Part shown: in pieces, positions 17,301 to 25,889 of the stretch
Position numbering within the stretch: the stretch's first letter is position 1
Layout of the letters: each line of letters starts with the position of its first letter
DNA from: Cyanobacteria bacterium P01_A01_bin.123
Lineage (GTDB): Bacteria > Cyanobacteriota > Cyanobacteriia > Phormidesmidales > Phormidesmidaceae
Assembly (NCBI GenBank): GCA_039815185.1
Contig: JBCBZT010000066.1
Coordinates: forward strand, 1-32,478
Reading direction: 5' to 3'
DNA: 32,478 bases
Position numbers and translations under genes: made by a program
Notes under the pieces: generated by a model
The model's database searches: none
The model's input: only the letters and a program-made list of their open reading frames with translations
What the model was told of the DNA's origin: nothing

Positions 17301-19665
17301 TGATCTGGCGATAGTCCTCTGTTGCTAGCACCGGGGGGACCAGTTGCGTAGCAGATGGCAGCAGGGCAGCCAGTGCAGGATCTTCTAGGGCAGTGGCGAC
17401 GAAGTCGGAGCGCAGGGTTAGCAGCAGCTTGAAGCGATCGCTGGCGTGTTCTAAACCGCCTAATAATAGGGATAGCCACAGAAGGCGATCGCCTTCTGTG
17501 GCTAAAGAAAACAGTTCTTCAAATTGATCGATCACCAACACCACCATCGGCTCGGGGCGTGATCTGAGCCAGTGGACGAACCCTTCAACGCCTTGATGCA
17601 GCAACCCCTCCAACTGCTGCTGCTGATAGTACTGCTCTCGCTCGGTACCCGGATCAATCAGGGCTTGCACTAGGGCAGTTAGGGGCTGTTCGCCAGGGCG
17701 TAGATAGCCCAACCACCAGCGATCGCTACCGGGAATTTGCTGTCCTTGCCGCAGTTTCGCCATCAATCCTGCTTGCACCACCGATGACTTGCCACTGCCG
17801 GAGGCCCCCACTACCGCTAACAAAGACTGTCGGTGTAGGGCTGCCATCAGGGATTGAACCAATCCGTCCCGACCAAAGAAGTAAGGCGCATCGGCCACCT
17901 GAAAGGCCCGCAGTCCGCGATAGGGACATAGGCCTAAATCCACGGCTGTGGGCTCAGCTATGCCCCGTCCACTGGTTTGCCCCAGCAGCACATCAATCAC
18001 TCGCGGACTCGACAGCCAGGTGTGCAGCGTTAGATCGGTATCTGCAACCTGGCGTTGCAGTTGGGCAATCCAGCCCGCAATTGATAGTCCAGTTTCCGGC
18101 TCAATGGGGGTGAGACTGTTCAGTAGTAGGGTGACGAATTGATTGGCTATCGGCGCTGTTGCCGCCATGATGGCCTGACTGGTGTCAGCATCGAGTTGAA
18201 GATCTTCTAGCCAGTCCTTGATATTGGGCCAATCCTCGATATTGGGCCAATCCTCAAGGTTAGGAGTTTTGGGACAGTCGAGGATTACGATTTGCTGACC
18301 ATAGGGCGATCGCCGGAGTCGTTGACGCAGCCAAGACCGACTCAATCGAGTGTCTGTCCCCAGACGCAGCCAGGTTTCTCCGGTCTCCGTTTGCTCCGGC
18401 ACCCCCTGTAGGTACAACAATACGGTACCTGTGCCCCCCGGCACACCCACATCAGTGCTTGAACCCGTAGCTATAGTCTGACCCAACACGGCGTCCAGGC
18501 TTTTCTGAACCGACTCGGCACTCTGCCCTGGCGACCAGTAATGGAGGGCAAAGCCCCCCTGCTGCTGGAGTTGTTGACTGAGGCTTAACAGCTCAGTGCT
18601 GGGGGTATCTGCTGCCACAATGATAGCCTGGCGGGGAGCGGGGGCCAGGGCGGGGGCGGGGGTGACGCCCAACACCAGTTCTCCAACGCCTTCGACAATG
18701 CGCTTGGGCGTTTGCAGCGGATACTCCGCAAGCAGGTGGGTATCGCCGCGACTGCGCCGCTGTTGATTAATTAATCGGAGCTGTTGATTGGCCGTGTCGA
18801 TATAGCGCAGGGTTTGGTAATAGACGTACTTGTAGAGGGCATCAGCCTCGACAATCCCCTGGCCACTAGCGGCTTCCCCCAATAATCCTCGCATTAAAAA
18901 GTAGGAAAAAACACCGTGACCCAGTTCTGGAAACTCCCAGGAACGCTGCTGTTGATCGCAAGACAACAGGGCATAAAACCCCTGGCTTTGACGGGCACGC
19001 TGGCGCAATACATCGATCAGCTGGGGCGTGGGGTTGGGCAGTGTCGGTGCCGCATCTTTGCCGCCGCGCAGGGTGAGGCTACCACTGTGGCAGGCATCTA
19101 GCCACAGCAACTGCTGGCGGGCACGACATTGATTCAGCGTCGCTAAGAGCGCTGCCAGACTCAGACCCGTTTCCTTTAGCTCAGCGGTGTGGGTATCTGC
19201 CAGACAAAGGATAGCCTGCTGCTGATCGGCATCTAACACCCCGTGACCTGAAAAATAGATCAGTACTGTGTCTTGAGGTTGGGCTTGTTTCACCAGATCT
19301 GCCAGACTTTGCTGGACAGCTTTGAGTTGAGGCGGTTGGACGGGTGGCGGGGCTAAAGGCGATGGGGAGGAAGGGGCGATAGTCGTTGGCGTAGCCCCCC
19401 CTGAAGCACTCAATCGGTCCTCGGGGGCGATCGCGGCAGACCCCAATTGCCCTGTACAATGCAGAGCGATGGATTTTCGGGGAAAGAGGGCAGTCGCTTG
19501 GGCGATCGCATGACTCAAGCCCTGACAGTCCATTGCCGGATAGCGCAGCGGCGGTAGGTGCTGATCTTGATACTGGTTAACCCCAATTAGTAGGGCCCAG
19601 AGTTTGGCCTCTCCAGTTTCTAGGGCGTAGCTGGTTCGACTGGTGCTGATTCGTGCGGGTGACAT
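14347..19665 (-). CDS. Caspase-like (peptidase C14) + degenerate caspase-like domain + STAND (nSTAND1-type) NTPase + TM helix + WD40 repeats
   Basis: ALLIGVNQY, YFSGHG and LDACHSG dyad; CPYRGL, GASGSGKS, IDQFEELF and EVAHE; hydrophobic AIAAISSLAVIALGLGGLAY; many GH...FSPDG...W repeats. Confidence 0.92.
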   Translation of the reverse strand: MSPARISTSRTSYALETGEAKLWALLIGVNQYQDQHLPPLRYPAMDCQGLSHAIAQATALFPRKSIALHCTGQLGSAAIAPEDRLSASGGATPTTIAPSSPSPLAPPPVQPPQLKAVQQSLADLVKQAQPQDTVLIYFSGHGVLDADQQQAILCLADTHTAELKETGLSLAALLATLNQCRARQQLLWLDACHSGSLTLRGGKDAAPTLPNPTPQLIDVLRQRARQSQGFYALLSCDQQQRSWEFPELGHGVFSYFLMRGLLGEAASGQGIVEADALYKYVYYQTLRYIDTANQQLRLINQQRRSRGDTHLLAEYPLQTPKRIVEGVGELVLGVTPAPALAPAPRQAIIVAADTPSTELLSLSQQLQQQGGFALHYWSPGQSAESVQKSLDAVLGQTIATGSSTDVGVPGGTGTVLLYLQGVPEQTETGETWLRLGTDTRLSRSWLRQRLRRSPYGQQIVILDCPKTPNLEDWPNIEDWPNIKDWLEDLQLDADTSQAIMAATAPIANQFVTLLLNSLTPIEPETGLSIAGWIAQLQRQVADTDLTLHTWLSSPRVIDVLLGQTSGRGIAEPTAVDLGLCPYRGLRAFQVADAPYFFGRDGLVQSLMAALHRQSLLAVVGASGSGKSSVVQAGLMAKLRQGQQIPGSDRWWLGYLRPGEQPLTALVQALIDPGTEREQYYQQQQLEGLLHQGVEGFVHWLRSRPEPMVVLVIDQFEELFSLATEGDRLLWLSLLLGGLEHASDRFKLLLTLRSDFVATALEDPALAALLPSATQLVPPVLATEDYRQIILKPAEKVGLQVEPVLVDTLLRDLGQGIGNLPLLEFVLEQIWLQRESGTLRLATYQQAVGGLQGALERKAQTVYDNLDPDAQDCTRWLFLSLTQLGDGTEDTRRRIPRTALAIPRYSPALVDRTLQAFTAAKLVVISTETDTTPAIAQPKSPPSPSPPTSPPLPASPSPITIEVAHEILIRRWSTLRWWLDENRSRLRSQRQIEQAAQQWHTAGQQPEYLLQGVRLEAATELYVNYTDELSQPVQQFIEACIAAQQQDQQRQRRQLRRAQMAIAAISSLAVIALGLGGLAYRQRQQAIANEISALNSLADAQLRSQQPLESLITSIRAGQQLQRLNGFGLSRQTLASGRSHTLATLYQAVTQVSERNRFLGHSQTVNRAVFSPDGSRIASASDDGTVRLWSRTGELLQVLAGSGDRFTDVAFNPEENLLAAANADGSVWLWQLGKETPPTLFNAHSDWIGGLAFSPDGQSLATASRDGTIQLWRVADQQRLQTLSGHQGWVNAVQFSPDGQRLVSGGEDRTLRLWDVNTGQSLQRRSDPGDRVNDLAFSPDGQFLVSASDDQTLGVWSFLDDTFTPLDNGSNRFTSVQVSPDSQLIVAGDANGTVQLWRANSGEPLTQLQGHGATVHSLAFAPTGLVTEDAESIQQVMLLSAGADNTLRLWAAPIAPDRLEAADPSSYAVALSPDGQTYAIGGWDGEVMVQSPNQRQTLTGHDGPVLAVAFSPTGKLLGTGGDDTMIRLWDWQSGGASRVLAGHRDRITSLSFSPDEQQLISGSADQSAIVWDIATAQPLHTLEGHQDSLTSVAWSPKGMVLATGSDDTTIKLWHPDGSLLHTLAGHDLAIADLAFSPDGSMLASASWDYTIQLWRVADGTRLRTLSGHQDGVVRLRFSGDGQTLVSEDRNGVTKVWQPTTGDLISTFDPAPATLTPQLLAGDGVALPPPLALWQSLNDPNALERLLTQGCEHLQDYLATNEALNPRDRMLCDQ
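18220..18255. repeat. 18-bp in-frame tandem duplication (EDWPNI twice)
   Basis: GATATTGGGCCAATCCTC occurs twice exactly, with degenerate flanks. Confidence 0.85.
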
Positions 19666-19678
19666 AGCGAGTCAAAAG

Positions 19679-20347
19679 TTAGAACGTGACCGGAGTCGTC
19701 AGCGACAGCACATAGGTCGCATCTTTAGGTATCTGCACTACCCGTGCCGTTTCTGCCGATTGCAACCCAGCAATGGTGCCAACAATACTGCCCAACATTC
19801 CCCCTTGGGTGTAGCTATTGGGATTGCCGTTCGTCAATAGCCCCGCCGTATTGGCAAACAAACTGCTAAAGACAGCACTCGACTCTGATGCCATGGCATT
19901 AGCGTCTTCATAGGTTACTGTTATTCCTGGAATGACGGAACCTGACGCAACAATAGGGATGAGTTGACCATTCACAACCAGGGACTCAGCCACTAGCTGT
20001 ACACCGCCATCCTGGGGGCTTAGCTGGATCGCCACAGGGGTTTGGGCCGGTACAATCACGTTGCCCTGGTCATCCAAAATTGCTTGAACCAAGGGTAGAG
20101 AAATGGGGTAGGGCTGCCCTTCATCGATCGTCAGCGTCAGCGCAATCGGGAACTGCACGACCAGGGCTGTGTCAGTGCCTAGGGTGACAGGAGAAGTTGG
20201 TGCAGTTGGCATTGGGGTAGCAAGACCGGCAGTCGTTTGGGGAACGAGATGCTCCGTAACTGGGTCAGATTGGGCCCAACTAGCAGGCGCGATCGCGCCC
20301 AACACTGAAGCCACCAACGCCAACTGGATTAGCGAGAATTTTTTCAC
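19679..20347 (-). CDS. Exported hypothetical protein, beta-rich, with glycine-zipper-like segment
   Basis: Signal peptide MKKFSLIQLALVASVLGAIAPASWA; GGMLGSIVGTIAG; AGGAG RBS; ends 13 bp before the caspase-STAND gene. Confidence 0.8.
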   Translation of the reverse strand: MKKFSLIQLALVASVLGAIAPASWAQSDPVTEHLVPQTTAGLATPMPTAPTSPVTLGTDTALVVQFPIALTLTIDEGQPYPISLPLVQAILDDQGNVIVPAQTPVAIQLSPQDGGVQLVAESLVVNGQLIPIVASGSVIPGITVTYEDANAMASESSAVFSSLFANTAGLLTNGNPNSYTQGGMLGSIVGTIAGLQSAETARVVQIPKDATYVLSLTTPVTF

Positions 20348-21163
20348 GAGCTGACTCCTATATTGATTGCCTAGAGAATTTAGAGTGGTTATCCACCCTT
20401 TCTTGACCTAGGTCAGCGCAGCAAGTTTTATGCAACTCAGATGTAGCGGCCATGCGGGCGTTCCTCAGGGCAGGCCATCTGCATGGCGGGCTAATGGCGA
20501 CATGCGACTGACGCTGGTTTCACCAAATCGTGCTTAACCGAGGCACGATCAGCTTTACTGGGTTCAGCTGTATTGTCTTTATCCAAATTTCAACGAATTG
20601 CCCATTTCACCCATCAAAGGTTTACCGCTTACTGCAAACTTGTCTTGTAGAGTATTGCTAAGGGTGATCTAGACAAGGGTATCCACGTACGCCCTACCTC
20701 TAAATTTGAAGCAAGCTCAAATCCTTCTGCATAGGTAGACTTGCTCAAAAAACCTGCATTTACCTAGATTGACAAAAGTCGATCTACCCAGCTGCATTTT
20801 GAATATTTTTGGTGCATTAGTCTGATTTTGAGTGGCGGAAGGCAAGCAGCATCTGTGTTTAGGAATAGTAGATTAACTGGAAGTTATCTCACTAAATACG
20901 ACTGTTTTGATCTGAGAACAGATCAAATCTATCTCCGCTGAAGATTTTTTGATTTTTGACAAGAGTTAAGCTCCTCAAACTTAGCTTTATCTAGAGATAT
21001 CCTCACAGCAAGGTTGTGTCTGCAATAGGCAGGAAATATCTAGGTTAGAGCATTCTAGAATTTGCTTAATAATCGGGTCATGGAGTAGGAAGTAAGTATT
21101 CCTGATTCATGAATATCTTGGTGCGTTTACTAGATCCCATTCATTTTTCAGAAGGTTATCAAG

Positions 21164-21916
21164 ATGGAATTTAGTGGTATAGAAGCGGCAATTCTTATTA
21201 TTTCATCGGCTGTAGCTGTAGCAGTCAATACAGTAACTGGAGGCGGATCTCTCATTACCATTCCAGTTCTATTAGCTTTAGGAATTCCACTAAAACAATC
21301 TGTAGGCGTTAACATGGTCGCGCTTGCAATTGGTGGAATTGGTTCTGTTTTGGGAGGGATGAAAAGCCTCAAACAAACTTCAAAAGAAAGCCTATCTATT
21401 CTTTTGCCGACTGCCATTGGGGCAATGACAGGCTCTATCCTGCTAGTGATCACGCCTATAGAATTCCTGAAATTGATTATTCCAGGCTTGATCTTAATTG
21501 CCACCCTGAGCTTGTTTATTCCTCAAAGTCGCTGGCGATTAAAGAACCAATGGGTTTGGTCTTTTGTGTTTGTTTTTTTAGCTTCTATATACGGCGGTTT
21601 CTTTGGGGCTGGGATGGGAGTTATGCTGGTATCAATCTTAACAATCTTTAATTATGGAGAAATTCATGTCTTAAACTCTTTGAAGAATCTGCAGCAAGTT
21701 GTCATTAATACAATCTCAGCCATTGTTTTAATGTCTGGAGGCGTTGTATTACTGAAGCCGACGCTATTTTTAGTGATCGGTGGGCTAGTTGGTGGATATT
21801 CCACCGGGAAATATCTAGAGCGTATTTCCGAGAAGAATCTTAGAGGTCTGATGATCGCGATTGGATTAATCTTATCTGCTGTGTTGTCTGTTAACGCTTA
21901 TGGGCAACTCAATTGA
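21164..21916 (+). CDS. Sulfite exporter TauE/SafE family membrane protein
   Basis: 250 aa, highly hydrophobic; GGGSLITIP and YGGFFGAGMG motifs. Confidence 0.88.
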   Translation: MEFSGIEAAILIISSAVAVAVNTVTGGGSLITIPVLLALGIPLKQSVGVNMVALAIGGIGSVLGGMKSLKQTSKESLSILLPTAIGAMTGSILLVITPIEFLKLIIPGLILIATLSLFIPQSRWRLKNQWVWSFVFVFLASIYGGFFGAGMGVMLVSILTIFNYGEIHVLNSLKNLQQVVINTISAIVLMSGGVVLLKPTLFLVIGGLVGGYSTGKYLERISEKNLRGLMIAIGLILSAVLSVNAYGQLN

Positions 21917-22562
21917 TTCAATGCTCTTTTCCCCAACCGGGCAGCGTGTCACTCAGGCGAGCCAATGGGGCGTGATTCAAATCCTTGGCCACTGCACGAC
22001 AACAATCTTGTGCAATTGAGCAAGCTCCCTTACAGCTGGGGAAAGTCTTGCCTTGGGATATTCCTTCTGCATCTTCTCAAAAAGCTGTCCGGATTTTTAT
22101 GCGTCCTAATGCAAGTATTTTATATTGGCAGTACCTATTTAAAGTGCACTTGAAGATTCAGTGAAACTACTCAGGTACGAAGAATAAAACCAGTATCTTA
22201 CTGGTCAGGTCTACACTTACCAAAGTTTCAGATTTTTGAGGGCTCATGGGTGCAATGCAGAATATTATCATCGTATTTTGCAAATCTAGCTGTATGTATT
22301 GACCAGAGCCGAGAGTCATTGGGTAAATTATTATCTTTGTTTTGGCTAGAAATACCAGGCAAACGCTTATCCAACTACCGCTTAGGCATCATGATTATGC
22401 CGCGAACAGGTCTTTAAATCATTCAGTTTGAAGCGTAAATAAATACATAACACGATCTTGTTTGGTGCTAATGCGATTTGCATTTAGCCATTAAACTGCT
22501 GTGGAGTTAACGTTAGATCATTGTGATTATGACGGCTTGCTCTTTAATTTCTATACAAGTTG

Positions 22563-23726
22563 ATGGCAACTCAAAGTTTTTTATTTCAAGCGCAGGAATT
22601 GCCCCAAAAGCTTTGTCAAGCTTCTGAGGTAATGCCAACGGGGTATTGGTGTCATGAATTCACCTCTCCCCACAACTTTACCGAAATCGGTAAGTGGCAC
22701 TTGGCATTGTCTCAGGGGCAAGTGATATTTTCAGGAACCCAACGACTCTCTTGGTTAGGGCTCCTGACAGCGATTCAACGTTATATTCCCAGATTGCGGA
22801 GTGATTATGCTCAGCGAGTTATCGGAGATCTACAACAAAAATTTACACTCCAAGATCCATTTATACTGCTTGCACCACTTCGTAGCTTATATGAGATCAA
22901 TTTGATCAGAAGACAAGATGTTTTAAAGGCACTCCGCCTGAAGATATTAGCTGACTTTGACATATATCTATTCGATTGTGCTGGGCAGTCTATTTTTTTG
23001 TCGGCACCAGAACTGACTGATATATCTCTAAACTTGGGATTTGAGCTTAAGGATTTATTGGCTGAGGCTAAGCAGCGAAAAATAGCCTGGGATAGCTTTA
23101 AAAACATTATTCCCTCAATGCAAAGTGTTCCCATTGTCAATACAGACACGATTCAACATTCTTATCTCACGGGCGAACAAAAAAAGCATTTAGAAAATTT
23201 AGTATTAAAGGATCACACGCTTGATGAGATCGCTTCCTTCTTTGCCCAAGACTCATTACAAATTGCAAAAGGGTTTGCCAAGCTGATCAATCAGGGATTA
23301 GTCACATTACAGCCACCAGAAACCGTAAAAGCACAACAAATTGTGATTGTCGATGATTCTCATCTGATGCTGAAGCAGTTTCACAACTTAGTTAAGAGTT
23401 GGGGATATTCAGTTAAATCATTACAGGATCCTGCTAATTTTATGCGAACAGTACTGCACGCTAATCCAGCCGCCATTTTTATTGACATTAATATGCCGGG
23501 GGTGAATGGTTTTGATTTAGTTAAGCAAATCCGCCGCCAACCCACGCTAGCCTCTGTTCCATTGGTTATGCTGACTGCGGAGCGGACCCTTTCTAATAAC
23601 TGGCGATCGCAATGGAGCGGCTGCAAATTTCTCTCTAAGCCATTGAACCCCCAAGAGATTCCAGACTTTCAAGAGAAGTTGTTTATGTTGTTGGAAGAAT
23701 TTGCACCTATTCAACGACACAATTAG
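22563..23726 (+). CDS. PatA-family response regulator (PATAN-like N-terminus plus receiver)
   Basis: C-terminal receiver IVIVDDS, FIDINMP, MLT and FLSKP; ~390 aa; first gene of a cyanobacterial taxis cluster. Confidence 0.85.
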   Translation: MATQSFLFQAQELPQKLCQASEVMPTGYWCHEFTSPHNFTEIGKWHLALSQGQVIFSGTQRLSWLGLLTAIQRYIPRLRSDYAQRVIGDLQQKFTLQDPFILLAPLRSLYEINLIRRQDVLKALRLKILADFDIYLFDCAGQSIFLSAPELTDISLNLGFELKDLLAEAKQRKIAWDSFKNIIPSMQSVPIVNTDTIQHSYLTGEQKKHLENLVLKDHTLDEIASFFAQDSLQIAKGFAKLINQGLVTLQPPETVKAQQIVIVDDSHLMLKQFHNLVKSWGYSVKSLQDPANFMRTVLHANPAAIFIDINMPGVNGFDLVKQIRRQPTLASVPLVMLTAERTLSNNWRSQWSGCKFLSKPLNPQEIPDFQEKLFMLLEEFAPIQRHN

Positions 23727-23769
23727 TTCGATGTAAAACCAGCCTAGATTTAATTGAGATAGAAAAACA

Positions 23770-24126
23770 ATGCAATTTCTGATTGTTGATGATAGCAACG
23801 TTGATCGACAACTTTTGTCATCCCTGCTTGAGGGTATGGGGCACCGTGTTGAAGCCTGCGATAGCACGGCTGGAGTCGTTGAAAAGCTATCGACTGGAGA
23901 CTATGCCTGCCTATTTTTAGACATCGTCATGCCGGAACAAGATGGGTACAAATTTTTGCGCGAGATTCGTACCAACCAAGAAACGGCCAAGCAAAACGTT
24001 GTGTTTTGCTCTAGTAAACGAACTCCCGTAGAGATCAAATACGGTTTACGACGGGCTGGTGCTAATGACTACATCACTAAGCCAGTGAGCCGAGAACGCT
24101 TAGCTGAAGTTTTGCAGCAGCTTTAA
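23770..24126 (+). CDS. Single-domain CheY/PilH-like response regulator
   Basis: LIVDDS, FLDIVMPEQDGY and DYITKP; 118 aa. Confidence 0.92.
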   Translation: MQFLIVDDSNVDRQLLSSLLEGMGHRVEACDSTAGVVEKLSTGDYACLFLDIVMPEQDGYKFLREIRTNQETAKQNVVFCSSKRTPVEIKYGLRRAGANDYITKPVSRERLAEVLQQL

Positions 24127-24204
24127 TTTCACCCTGCTGAGTTGGCTCAAGTCAATTCGCGCTTCCTTGTCACCCTTTCCCTTGATGTATTCAGGCCGCT
24201 GCCG

Positions 24205-24639
24205 ATGGAACTTGATAACCCGCTTTTAGAACTGTCTCTTCCCAACAATCAATATATATTGACCCAGGCCGGAACCCGTCGTATAGCATTTCCCACCAAG
24301 TCTGTTGTCAGTATTTTGTTGGTTGAGCGATCGCAGGTTTTGGCCCTGCCTTTTTACCACGAAGCACTTTTAGGCATTGTCCATCATCAGGGGCAGATGG
24401 TACCGCTGGTAACCCTTCAGCATCTTTTAGAGGGGAATCCCAGCCAGTTAAGGGAGGTATTTAACGCAGTACAGCTCAGTGAGAGTACTGGCCTGCCGGG
24501 TTTAGGCCTGGTCATCGACCGACTGTTAGGTAACTGCAGCGAGGAACAAGTCTCCACTGATAGCACGATTGAGCAGTTTCAACCCAACCTGCTGGATCCG
24601 AAACTTTGGCAGCCCCAGCGCTGGGTATCGCTGGCCTAA
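24205..24639 (+). CDS. cheW: CheW-like adaptor
   Basis: LPFYHEALLGIVHHQGQMVPLV...GLVIDRLLG. The in-frame ATG at 24205 is preferred to TTG at 24142. Confidence 0.85.
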   Translation: MELDNPLLELSLPNNQYILTQAGTRRIAFPTKSVVSILLVERSQVLALPFYHEALLGIVHHQGQMVPLVTLQHLLEGNPSQLREVFNAVQLSESTGLPGLGLVIDRLLGNCSEEQVSTDSTIEQFQPNLLDPKLWQPQRWVSLA

Positions 24640-24713
24640 CTCAATAGCGGGTTGGCTGATCAGGGTGCACGAATTGACCGATCCATTGCGATTAAACACT
24701 TATAGACAATCCT

Positions 24714-25829
24714 ATGAAGCGTAGACGCTTATTCAACCATTTAGCTCTGGGGACTGCTGGCGTGGGCCTCTTTTCTGCCTGCAGCCGCCCCAAACAAGTT
24801 TTTACCCCCACTGAGGACGGCGAAGGCGGTAGCGGCCCTAAAATCGCGTGGCGCATGGCTACCAGCTGGCCCGAAAACCTGGATATTGTCTTTGGAACTG
24901 CACAGCAGATGTGCACTCGAGTCGGTGAACTCACCCAGGGTAACTTCACCATTACAGCCTTCCCCGCAGGCGGCATTGCCCCGCCCCTAGAGATCCTCGA
25001 CACGGTGCAAGCGAGTACTGCTGAATGTGGCCATACCGCAGGCTACTACTACACCTCCAAAAACCGAGCCTTTGCCTTTGCCACCAGCCTGCCCTTTGGC
25101 CTTAACCCCCATCAGCACCTGTCCTGGCTCTACGGAGCGGGTGGACTAGAACTCGTGCGTAATATCTACGCCGACTTTGGCGTCATTAACTTTCCGGCGG
25201 GCAGCACCGGTAACCAAATGGGGGGTTGGTTCCGCGACAAAGTGGGCTCTATGAGCGAGATAAAGGGGCTAAAGATGCGCATGCCCGGTTTGGGGGGAGA
25301 GGTTCTCAAACGGATTGGTGCCGAGGCTCAAAACCTACCCCCGAATGAGATTTTGCTAGGGCTGGAGCGGGGTAACATCGATGCTGCTGAGTGGGTCGGC
25401 CCGTATGAAGACGAAAAACTCGGCCTCAACCAATATGCCGATTACTATTACTACCCTGGCTGGCACGAACCAGGCACCACTTACGAGTTGATTGTTAACC
25501 AGGACGCTTACGAGCGACTACCTGAGGAGTATCGCAAAGCACTAGAGGTGGCTGCCTTTGAGGCCCAGGTGACGATGCTCTCGAAGTATGACGCGGTGAA
25601 TCGAGAGGCTCTGCAACGGTTAATTAGCAGTGGTACTGAGTTGACTGTCTACAGCGAAGAGATTCTTCAAGGGGCAAGACAAGCTGCCAATGACTTGTAC
25701 GCCGAGTATGCCAGTCAAGATCCTGCCTTTCAAGAAATTTACGACAACTGGAATGCCTTCCGTCAGGGTATTTATCGCTGGAATAACGTCAACGAGCGCA
25801 GCTTCGCTGACTTGATCTTTGACAGCTAG
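24714..25829 (+). CDS. TRAP transporter solute-binding protein (DctP/TakP-like), Tat lipoprotein
   Basis: MKRRRLF...FSAC signal; WRMATSWP, GNQMGGWF, GLKMRMPGLGG, IDAAEWVGPYED and YYYPGWHEP. Confidence 0.92.
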   Translation: MKRRRLFNHLALGTAGVGLFSACSRPKQVFTPTEDGEGGSGPKIAWRMATSWPENLDIVFGTAQQMCTRVGELTQGNFTITAFPAGGIAPPLEILDTVQASTAECGHTAGYYYTSKNRAFAFATSLPFGLNPHQHLSWLYGAGGLELVRNIYADFGVINFPAGSTGNQMGGWFRDKVGSMSEIKGLKMRMPGLGGEVLKRIGAEAQNLPPNEILLGLERGNIDAAEWVGPYEDEKLGLNQYADYYYYPGWHEPGTTYELIVNQDAYERLPEEYRKALEVAAFEAQVTMLSKYDAVNREALQRLISSGTELTVYSEEILQGARQAANDLYAEYASQDPAFQEIYDNWNAFRQGIYRWNNVNERSFADLIFDS

Positions 25830-25889
25830 TGCCCTGAAACAGCCGCCCTCCTGCAAAGCCCTTTTCTCCGATGCCGTTCAGTTTGTCAC

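Noticed and set aside
21965..22153. tRNA-like sequence or 62-aa ORF (MGRDSNP...)
   Set aside because: No intact TTCGA T-loop or cloverleaf, and the ORF has no recognisable features.
22355..22400. c-di-GMP-I riboswitch upstream of patA (GGCAAAC)
   Set aside because: The GAAA tetraloop stem and the second conserved stem are missing.
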